From: an uncultured Lentisphaeria bacterium
GTDB lineage: Bacteria > Verrucomicrobiota > Lentisphaeria > Victivallales > UBA1829
NCBI GenBank assembly: GCA_949287225.1
Contig: CASEFP010000120.1
Span: 265 to 64,264 of the forward strand
Length of the DNA: 64,000 nt
Direction of reading: 5' to 3'
Positions 54,241 to 61,433 of the stretch are shown piece after piece (position 1 is the stretch's first letter; every line of letters starts with the position of its first letter). The notes beneath the pieces are model-generated. The model ran no database searches, was not told the origin of the DNA, and saw only the letters and a program-made list of their open reading frames with translations. A program made the translations under genes and the position numbers.

Positions 54241-54779
54241 GGAAGAATGCGCGAGCATTCTTCCCGGGGTCAAGGGTCGTTGACCCTTGTCGTGATCCAG
54301 CGGCGAAAACGCTGGTCGTGCGGAGCACGAAATCTTCCGCCCGGAGCGGTTCAGACCGCTCAGTGACGAGAACTTTTTCGCTGAAAAAGTTCGAGAGCTC
54401 CGGGCGTATTCATTGAGACGAAAGAATGCGCATGCATTCTTTCGTCTCCTATATATTCAATAATCACGAGAGCTTCGGGACTATTCCCGAGGTGATACGC
54501 TGTACCGGCACCTTTCGAGGAAGCGCTTCTCGTTTCTGAGTGGGAGGAAGCGTTGCCGGAGGGAGATTTCGCCTTTGGTGACCAGCTAGCGCAGCTTCGC
54601 GCGCTTTTTTGTTTGTTCGCATTTTTTAGCGCAGCTTCGCGCGCTTTTTTGTTTGTTCGCATTTTTTAGCGCAGCTTCGCGCGCTTTTTTGTTTCGCCTT
54701 CGGCGCCCAGCTTACGCAGCTGGACTGCGCAAGGGTCAAAGACCCTTGACCCCGAGAAAAATGTATTTGCATTTTTCCG
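54241..54779. repeat. Long copy of the hairpin-array inverted-repeat element (imperfect inverted arms of about 90 bp, hairpin-rich core, internal 40-bp tandem repeat)
   Basis: Left arm stem-loops:
- 54241-54264: ggaagaatgc-gcga-gcattcttcc
- 54271-54289: caagggtc-gtt-gacccttg
- 54297-54315: ccagcg-gcgaaaa-cgctgg
- 54316-54330: tcgtgc-gga-gcacga
Core stems lie at 54344-54361, 54370-54392 and 54415-54448 (a 15-bp perfect stem).
The right arm carries the modules in inverted order:
- 54708-54724: ccagct-tacgc-agctgg
- 54731-54749: caagggtc-aaa-gacccttg
- 54757-54778: gaaaaatg-tatttg-catttttc. Confidence 0.75.
54589..54695. repeat. Tandem repeat, 40-bp unit x about 2.7
   Basis: The unit agcgcagcttcgcgcgcttttttgtttgttcgcatttttt occupies 54589-54628 and 54629-54668 (identical copies). 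A third copy from 54669 diverges after about 27 nt. Confidence 0.85.
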
Positions 54780-54828
54780 TTTCTCAACAGCAGTTTGGGT
54801 TTTTCTATGAAAAGATCCCGGAGCGGCT

Positions 54829-54855
54829 TGAAAAATAATTTCGCAGAATTATATT
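54829..54855 (+). promoter_or_regulatory. Putative sigma-70 promoter of tRNA-Leu
   Basis: TTGAAA (54829-54834), then a spacer of about 15 nt, then TATATT (54850-54855), 14 nt upstream of the tRNA 5' end. It uses the same hexamers as the putative rpmB promoter. The spacer is shorter than optimal. Confidence 0.35.
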
Positions 54856-54869
54856 TCAGGAAATCCGTT

Positions 54870-54955
54870 GCCGAAGTGGCGGAATGGCAGACGCACTAGA
54901 CTCAAAATCTGGCGCTCTTACGGGCGTAAGGGTTCAAGTCCCTTCTTCGGCACCA
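54870..54955 (+). tRNA. tRNA-Leu (anticodon CAA), CCA encoded
   Basis: The acceptor stem is GCCGAAG/CTTCGGC. The anticodon stem is CTAGA/TCTGG with loop CTCAAAA (anticodon CAA). It has a long variable arm (GCGCTCTTACGGGCGT), a T arm GGG-TTCAAGT-CCC, discriminator A and a terminal CCA. Confidence 0.93.
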
Positions 54956-55890
54956 TTTCCATTTTCTCCGGATCGTTTTTCCTCCTGCGCCAGAACCGTT
55001 CCCGGCTCTTTTTTCGAAAGGGAAAGCACATATTGTTTCGGCGTGAGTCCTGTATAGCGGCGGAATACCCGGCAGAAATGGCTTGTGTCATGAAATCCAA
55101 GCACCGAGGCGGCGTCTTTTACAAAATTCAGATTCCCAGCCAGCAGTTGTTTCGCATATTCGATACGCTTGTAAACGATGAATTTGCCGAGCGGCATTCC
55201 GAATTCCGCCTGAAGCAGGCGGGAAAGATGTCTCTCGGACAACCCCATGTGCGCGGCATGAATACGCGCACTGGGCGGCGCATTGGTCAGGACGCTGATG
55301 GTGTTCAGAATTTTTCCGATGGTATCCGTATGGCCGGAATAGACTCGCTCGCTTTCCGGCTGTGATAATTTCGGAAAGTGAAACCGGAAGAAATGCAGAA
55401 ACAGTTCCTTCAAACGGCATTCGCCGAATTCCGCCCAGTAGGGATTCCGCGCCAGCACAAGTTTCCGAAGCTCCTCCTCATGACGGAAAAAGCCGGGAGG
55501 AATGGAAAAGCAGTAGCCTTGCGCGGCAATTCTGTCCCGGAAATTCCACAAAGAAAGATGATCGCCCGGAAGAACTGGATCAATTTCCAGATGCGCAATC
55601 GTCGTCTCACTGAATGCTTTTGCTGAGCGGACATGGGAAATGACCGAGGGAATCAGGCAGATCTGCGGTTCCGAAACAGTAAGCGTAATGTGTTTTCCCG
55701 CAATCCGGTAGGAACAGCGGTTCCGCCGCATGAATGCAAATTCATAGTGCGGGTGTTCGTGTTCCTTTGTGTTAAACGCTTCCAGACGGGAATCATGGTA
55801 GCTGCTGATCCGGAAACGGAGCATCCCGATCCGGAACGTGGAGGAATTTGCAAGAATCTGACGCAGTCCGTAATTGAATGAATCTTCCAT
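54934..55890 (-). CDS. AraC-family transcriptional regulator
   Basis: ORF 54934..56340. The N-terminal 150 codons of the track ORF would overlap the divergent gene, so the start is taken at MEDSFNYG (ATG 55890). The C-terminal double HTH reads IHAAHMGLSERHLSRLLQAEFGMPLGKFIVYKRIEYAKQLL...SHFCRVFRRYTGLTPKQY. The 3' tail overlaps the tRNA-Leu 3' end antisense by 22 nt. Confidence 0.8.
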   Translation of the reverse strand: MEDSFNYGLRQILANSSTFRIGMLRFRISSYHDSRLEAFNTKEHEHPHYEFAFMRRNRCSYRIAGKHITLTVSEPQICLIPSVISHVRSAKAFSETTIAHLEIDPVLPGDHLSLWNFRDRIAAQGYCFSIPPGFFRHEEELRKLVLARNPYWAEFGECRLKELFLHFFRFHFPKLSQPESERVYSGHTDTIGKILNTISVLTNAPPSARIHAAHMGLSERHLSRLLQAEFGMPLGKFIVYKRIEYAKQLLAGNLNFVKDAASVLGFHDTSHFCRVFRRYTGLTPKQYVLSLSKKEPGTVLAQEEKRSGENGNGAEEGT

Positions 55891-56040
55891 AATGTCTGAA
55901 ACATCCTGTTTTTTGTCTATTATATCCTGTTTTTGTCTCTTGTCAAGCGTCCTGTTTTGAAATATAATAGTTTCAGGAAAGACAAAGAAAGCGCGATCGG
56001 ATGAGAAAAGACAAAAACAAACCGGAGAAAGGAGTTTTGG

Positions 56041-56802
56041 ATGTATAAGATTTTCACATTGATAGAGCTTCTGGTCGTTATCGCAATCATTGCGATTCTT
56101 GCCGCACTTCTGCTGCCGGCATTGAATCAGGCGCGGGAACAGGCTCGCAAGATCTCCTGTCTGAGCAATTTGAAGCAGGTCGGCGCACAGATGCAGTTTT
56201 ACGAAGGAGACAACGGGTTGTATCCGCCGGGAAAAATCATCGTCAGCGGAGCCAACGACAACAACTGCTTCGCCTGGAATCTGTATCTTTTCGGTACGCT
56301 GGATCAGAGCCTGCCCAACATGTGGTCCAGAACACCGCACAGCCGCTACAAGGTCTTGAAATGCCCCTCGGACAACATGCTTCCGAGTGCGCTGGACTGC
56401 CCGAAAAATTCCTATGCCTTCAATATGTGCAGTCTGGGATTCGGCCGTCAGGATGCAAGCGGCAATATCACATGGGATCCGGATCCGAACAATCCTTCAC
56501 TCAGCGGATATGGCGCATTGCTCGGAGACATCCGCAACAACCGAGCCAAAAAATCTCCGTCTCAAATCACCACAATTTTCGATATGGGATCCCATGCGCG
56601 TTCAGACAATGCCTCCACATTTTATATGCAGTGGCTTTATGAGCCGTCGAATCTCAGCACTCTTGTTCTCGGCGGACTTTACGATACGGACGCCTCGCAC
56701 AAGAAGGGTTCCAACTGGCTCTTCTGGGACGGACACGCGGAATGGCTGACCCCCAGAAGAATCCCCGCATTTTCACAGAAGTATATGTATAATGGCAAAT
56801 AA
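56041..56802 (+). CDS. Prepilin-type N-terminal domain protein of the H-X9-DG (DUF1559-like) family
   Basis: 253 aa: [46 protein letters not shown], with the C-terminus [13 protein letters not shown]. The leader is only 4 residues and the -1 residue is Ile, not Gly. Confidence 0.85.
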   Translation: MYKIFTLIELLVVIAIIAILAALLLPALNQAREQARKISCLSNLKQVGAQMQFYEGDNGLYPPGKIIVSGANDNNCFAWNLYLFGTLDQSLPNMWSRTPHSRYKVLKCPSDNMLPSALDCPKNSYAFNMCSLGFGRQDASGNITWDPDPNNPSLSGYGALLGDIRNNRAKKSPSQITTIFDMGSHARSDNASTFYMQWLYEPSNLSTLVLGGLYDTDASHKKGSNWLFWDGHAEWLTPRRIPAFSQKYMYNGK

Positions 56803-56845
56803 GCAGGATCCAACTGCGGAAGAAAGATAAGGAAAGGTTATTGCT

Positions 56846-59266
56846 ATGAGATATTTGAATCTGGCGATCTGTCTGTGTTTTTTCAGTTTTGCCGGGCGGG
56901 CGTTTGAATTCGCAAAGGACGGGGTTCCTTCCTGTGTGATTGCGCTGCCGGCGAATTCCGGGAAACTGGAGAAAATGGCGGCAGACGATCTGAAGGAATT
57001 TCTGGGGCGGATGACTGGAGGAGATTTCCGGATTGTAGAGGAAGCAAAGTGTGTTCCCGGAGCACCTGCCGTTTATCTGGGCTGGAGCGATTTCGCGGAA
57101 AAGAACGGTATTGATTTCAGGACTCTCGACCGGGAGGAATGGCTGGTCCGGAAAATCGGGAAAAATCTGGTGGTCACGGGCGGACGCCCCGTCGGGACTT
57201 TCTACGGTGTCTGGAGAGTCTTGAACAAACTTGGTTGCTATGTTCTGACGATGGATCAGAATGTGGTTCCGGAAAAGAAAACTCTTTCATCGGAAAATCT
57301 TGACGAACGCGGCAGGCCCGCTTTTGCCGGACGTCTGATCTTCAATGATTTTCCCGGCAAGGCGATGATCGCAAAGATGCCGAAACAGGCGGAAAATGCT
57401 TACAATCTATTTTCCCTGCGCAACGGCACAAACGGTCCGCAGACCCACCGGACGACTCCGTATTACATCGGCGGCATGTACAACATCTCCCATACCCCGC
57501 AGGCGCATACACTCTCTCTTTACGTGAATCCGGACAAGTATTTCAAGACCCATCCGGAATATTTTTCCATGAATCCCGAGGGGAAGCGCTTCCGCCCGAG
57601 CGGTGCGTTCGGCGAAAAGTTCGGGAGCCTCTGCATGTCGAACCGCGATGTCTGGAAAATCACGCTGGAATCTTTGCGCGGCATGATTCAGAAGGACCGG
57701 CAGACGCGTCCGCGGGAAAACTGGCCGTTCCTGTATGACATTTCGATTCTGGACGCCTCGCCCTATGTCTGCAAATGTCCGGAATGCACGGCCATTTCCC
57801 GGGAGGAAGAGTCCGAAGCCGGACTGCTCCTGCGCTACATCAATTATGTGGCGACGGAGATCGCCGGGGAATATCCGGACATCATCATCCGGACGTTCGC
57901 CTATTCCGCGGTCCGGAAACAGCCGAAAATCACGCGTCCTGCGAAAAATGTCCTGCTCCAGCTCTGCGATGAATTTCCGCTGGCGGACGCATACCGTCCG
58001 CTCACGTCGCGCTTCAATGTGAACCGCCTTGAGGACCTGCGCAAATGGCAGGCTATGGGGGCGTCGCTGATGGTGTGGGATTACTGGAATATTGGAAACC
58101 AGTATTTCGATCCGCCCCGTGTGGAGGTTCTGATCGACGCGATTCAGCCGGACATCCGGCTTTTCCGTGAACTGGGAGCAAAGGCGCTTTTTCTGGAGGC
58201 GGAACGGGATTTCGTGTCGCCGCAGAACTTCTATGATCTGGAGTATTTCCTTGCAATGCGTCTGATGATGAATCCGGATGAAGATGCGGCGGAACTGACC
58301 GATATTTTCCTGAAGGGATTCTACGGACCTCTGGCGCCTGTGATGAAAAGCTGGCTGAATGAATTGCGTGCGGGTGTCAAGGCGCATCCGAATAAGCAGA
58401 CAATTCTGACCGCCGGAAACTGGCATTACATGACGCCGGATTTTGCGGTGAACTCCTATCGGAAACTGAAGGCTGCCGCCGCCTCCCTGCCGGAAGGGAA
58501 CGTGTTCCGGCGCAGGGTTGAGGACGAGATGATCACGCTGATCTGGGCCTCTCTTGTGAAGCGCATCTCATTCGAGCCGGCCTTCAGAAAGGCAGGTATT
58601 GATATGTCCGAAATGATCGGAGAATGCCGGAAATATGTCCGCAATCATATCCGCCGCTACGGTGCACAGGCGCCCGGTTATCTGGATGAAATGTTCGAGA
58701 AAAAATTCAAACCTGTCACGATCAATCTTCCGAGACCGGAAAAATTCAGGGATGTTCCCGATGAGAAAATCCGTGTTCTCGGTTATCCCAATGCGACGGC
58801 CTATCGGGAACTGAAATCGGAAATTGTCAACGATCCGGATTCCATTACGGGGAAAACACTGATTTCCCGTGGAAAAGACGCCTCCTGGCATGGCGTCGGG
58901 AAGATGATTCAGGCGACACCGGCTGTCCGTGTTCCCGCTATGAAATTCGCCTTGGCGAATATCGGCGCCAAGGGGGAAGTTTCCACCGTTCTTCAGAAAG
59001 TGCCGCAGGATGAGAAATACCACTGGTATAAGCTCAAGGGGACGATTGACCTGCATGAAAAATCCTATTTCTGGGGGCACAGCTGGGCGATCCAGTTCAA
59101 GACGGACTCCGTTTACGTGCTGTCCGACGGGATTGCGGACAACAATGTATGGGAGTGCTGGATGTCGGCGAAATTCACCGGCCCGGCTTATGTCGCCGGC
59201 TCGAAGAAAGAGAATGCTGTTTCCGTGGACATGATAGTGCTGACCCGTCCCGGTGTTGTGAAATGA
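56846..59266 (+). CDS. DUF4838-type secreted glycan-active protein (paralog of 7417..9687)
   Basis: 806 aa with a signal peptide (MRYLNLAICLCFFSFAGRA). The N-terminal pattern LVVTGGRPVGTFYGVWRVLNKLGCYVL and the Cys-containing block CKCPEC match the paralog's SGGGTRGTLYGVYNFLEKQCG and CSCPGC. Confidence 0.75.
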   Translation: MRYLNLAICLCFFSFAGRAFEFAKDGVPSCVIALPANSGKLEKMAADDLKEFLGRMTGGDFRIVEEAKCVPGAPAVYLGWSDFAEKNGIDFRTLDREEWLVRKIGKNLVVTGGRPVGTFYGVWRVLNKLGCYVLTMDQNVVPEKKTLSSENLDERGRPAFAGRLIFNDFPGKAMIAKMPKQAENAYNLFSLRNGTNGPQTHRTTPYYIGGMYNISHTPQAHTLSLYVNPDKYFKTHPEYFSMNPEGKRFRPSGAFGEKFGSLCMSNRDVWKITLESLRGMIQKDRQTRPRENWPFLYDISILDASPYVCKCPECTAISREEESEAGLLLRYINYVATEIAGEYPDIIIRTFAYSAVRKQPKITRPAKNVLLQLCDEFPLADAYRPLTSRFNVNRLEDLRKWQAMGASLMVWDYWNIGNQYFDPPRVEVLIDAIQPDIRLFRELGAKALFLEAERDFVSPQNFYDLEYFLAMRLMMNPDEDAAELTDIFLKGFYGPLAPVMKSWLNELRAGVKAHPNKQTILTAGNWHYMTPDFAVNSYRKLKAAAASLPEGNVFRRRVEDEMITLIWASLVKRISFEPAFRKAGIDMSEMIGECRKYVRNHIRRYGAQAPGYLDEMFEKKFKPVTINLPRPEKFRDVPDEKIRVLGYPNATAYRELKSEIVNDPDSITGKTLISRGKDASWHGVGKMIQATPAVRVPAMKFALANIGAKGEVSTVLQKVPQDEKYHWYKLKGTIDLHEKSYFWGHSWAIQFKTDSVYVLSDGIADNNVWECWMSAKFTGPAYVAGSKKENAVSVDMIVLTRPGVVK

Positions 59267-59288
59267 CCGCTCTGAAGGAGTATTTGAA

Positions 59289-60473
59289 ATGCAGAACTTG
59301 ATCGCCGATGAGAAAATTGTATTCGAATCTCCGGATCCGGAGAGCGTTTTCTGTTATACCCCGGCGCTTCTGCCTGCCGAAGAAGGCAGGCTTGTCGCCT
59401 CGTTTGATCTGGGCGGACCGGGAACGGAAAAGCTCGATGGTCCGCGTTCCGACCACGGAGATTATCCGACGGGCAATCAGCTTCGCTTCCTGATATCCGA
59501 CGATCATGGAGAAAACTGGCGTGAAGGAGCCAGACTCCCCATGCTTCACGCCATGCTCTTCAAGGGAAAAGATGCCCTGTGGTGCATCGGGCACAGCGGA
59601 CGGCTGCTCATCAGCCGCAGTACGGACAACGGAGAGAGCTGGTCGGAACCCTCGATTCTGGACGACAGCCATCTCTGGCATCAGAGCGCGGGGCATATCG
59701 ACATTCATGACGGAAAAATTTATCTTGTTTATGAACAGCGCATCGAAGGACGCTCCTGGCCCGGTGTCGCTCCCGTTCTGATGTCCGCGAAAGTCGATGC
59801 GGATCTCCGCGACAGAAAGAACTGGACGTTTTCCGAACCGTTTGACGGCGCTCCGCTGTTTGCGGAAGACACGCTGAACGGAATTCCTCTTGCTCCCGGG
59901 TGCGAGCCGGGCATCCTGGAAACAAACGTCGTGCGCATCGTCAATCCGGGGAATTTCTTCTATGACGGAACCGGAAACAGCGTGCTGCTCTTCCTGCGCC
60001 AGAACGGCGGGCTTCCGAATATGGGGGCTGTTCTGCGGGGGATCGAAGCGCCGGACGGTTCTCTTCGGATTGTCCCGCTGGAAAATCCCGCTTCGCGCCG
60101 GACGTTTCTGGTTCCGATGCCCGGCGGACAGCTGAAATTCTATCTGGATTACGATCCCGTTTCCCGCCTGTACTGGCTGCTTTCCTCTCAGACGACCGGG
60201 TATATGAGCGAAGAACGGTATCTCCCCCGCGGTTATTCGGGGCGCTGCCGTCTTCAGCTCCACTATTCTGTCAATGCGTTTGACTGGTGTTACGCAGGCA
60301 TGGTTGCAATGGCTCCCGGGGAACCGGCCTCGCGTCATTACGCATCCTTCGTCTTTGACGGAGAGGACATGCTCGTCCTGAGCCGTTCCGGTGACAGGCG
60401 CGCCAAGTCCGCGCACGACGGAAATCTGATTACGTTCCACAGGGTCCGCGCGTTTCGCTCTCTGGTATTCTGA
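59289..60473 (+). CDS. BNR/Asp-box beta-propeller protein, sialidase-like glycoside hydrolase; no signal peptide
   Basis: 394 aa with Asp-boxes SDDHGENW and STDNGESW. The N-terminus MQNLIADEKIVFESPDPE has no hydrophobic leader. It starts 22 nt after the DUF4838 gene. Confidence 0.72.
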   Translation: MQNLIADEKIVFESPDPESVFCYTPALLPAEEGRLVASFDLGGPGTEKLDGPRSDHGDYPTGNQLRFLISDDHGENWREGARLPMLHAMLFKGKDALWCIGHSGRLLISRSTDNGESWSEPSILDDSHLWHQSAGHIDIHDGKIYLVYEQRIEGRSWPGVAPVLMSAKVDADLRDRKNWTFSEPFDGAPLFAEDTLNGIPLAPGCEPGILETNVVRIVNPGNFFYDGTGNSVLLFLRQNGGLPNMGAVLRGIEAPDGSLRIVPLENPASRRTFLVPMPGGQLKFYLDYDPVSRLYWLLSSQTTGYMSEERYLPRGYSGRCRLQLHYSVNAFDWCYAGMVAMAPGEPASRHYASFVFDGEDMLVLSRSGDRRAKSAHDGNLITFHRVRAFRSLVF

Positions 60474-60479
60474 GGAGAT

Positions 60480-61382
60480 ATGACAATGAAGAGATTCCAT
60501 GGGATCATTCCCCCCGCGGTCACTCCCCTTCTGACTGACGGCTCCCTTGATGTCGGTGGACTGGAGCGTCTTCTGGAGCACATGATTTCCGGCGGCGTTC
60601 ACGGCGTTTTCATTCTTGGCAGCACCGGAGAGGGGCCGGCTCTCGGTTCCCGGGTGCGCGAAGGAATGATGAGAGAGACAAAGCGGATAGTCCGCGGCAG
60701 GATTCCGATCCTGACGGGGGTTTCCGCCGCTGCGCTTCAGGAGTCTGTTGGCGCATCCCGCCTTGCGAGGAAATACGGCGCGGACGCTCTTGTCGCGGCT
60801 CCGCCATGCTATTATCCGCTCGGCGAGGCGGAATTGATTGATTATTACACGGCTCTGGAAAAAGCCGTTGCCTTTCCTCTTTTTATCTACAATATGCCGA
60901 GTATGACGAAAATAGCGATCAAGCCCCGGACGGTGCTGCGCCTTGCGGAAATTCCCGGCGTGACCGGCTACAAGGACAGCTCCGGGAACATGTGCGAATT
61001 TCATGAGGTGCTTCTCGCGCTGAAGGATCGGGCGGACTTTTCCATTTTCATCGGTCCGGAGGAGCTGCTCGGCGAGGCCGTTCTCTTCGGCGCGGACGGC
61101 GGAATCGCAGGCGGAGCCAATCTGAATCCGGCGCTTTTCGTCAACATGTATCAGGCTGCGGAACGCGCCGATCTTCCGGAGGTCCGCCGCCTTCAGAAGG
61201 AGATTTACCGCCAGCGCAGACTCTATGCGGTCGGACGTTATCAGTCCAGCATCATCAAGGGAATCAAAAGCGCTCTTTCCCTGCGGGGAATCTGCGGGGA
61301 TACGATGGGGGATCCTTTTCAAGCATTCCGGGATCCCGAGCGTAATCGGGTGGAAGATGTTCTCAAGGATTTGTCTTCCTGA
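60480..61382 (+). CDS. DapA-family class I aldolase (N-acetylneuraminate lyase / 2-keto-3-deoxy-sugar-acid aldolase-like)
   Basis: 300 aa with GSTGEG, an IYNMP motif and the Schiff-base lysine context GVTGYKDSSGN. It starts 6 nt after the sialidase-like gene. Confidence 0.85.
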   Translation: MTMKRFHGIIPPAVTPLLTDGSLDVGGLERLLEHMISGGVHGVFILGSTGEGPALGSRVREGMMRETKRIVRGRIPILTGVSAAALQESVGASRLARKYGADALVAAPPCYYPLGEAELIDYYTALEKAVAFPLFIYNMPSMTKIAIKPRTVLRLAEIPGVTGYKDSSGNMCEFHEVLLALKDRADFSIFIGPEELLGEAVLFGADGGIAGGANLNPALFVNMYQAAERADLPEVRRLQKEIYRQRRLYAVGRYQSSIIKGIKSALSLRGICGDTMGDPFQAFRDPERNRVEDVLKDLSS

Positions 61383-61433
61383 TTTTTTGCGCGATGATAT
61401 TGCTGGAAAATCAAAGCATGGAAAGGATTCATC

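Noticed and set aside
54589-54695. Possible CRISPR array, suggested by the regular 40-bp repeats
   Set aside because: The units are directly adjacent with no spacers. There are only about 2.7 copies, no cas genes are in the window, and the unit is derived from the surrounding inverted-repeat element.
54172-54838. Short ORFs inside the repeat elements (54172..54366, 54225..54416, 54360..54662, 54653..54838; also 41515..41817)
   Set aside because: They are translations of palindromic or tandem repeat DNA. The similar peptides FFPGSR... arise from repeat homology rather than from protein conservation. They lack RBSs.
54134-54955. Integrated mobile element or genomic island at tRNA-Leu
   Set aside because: There is no integrase, excisionase or phage gene on either side. 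I found no duplicated copy of the tRNA 3' end (att-like direct repeat) in the window. The flanking arn and glycan genes have similar GC content by eye.
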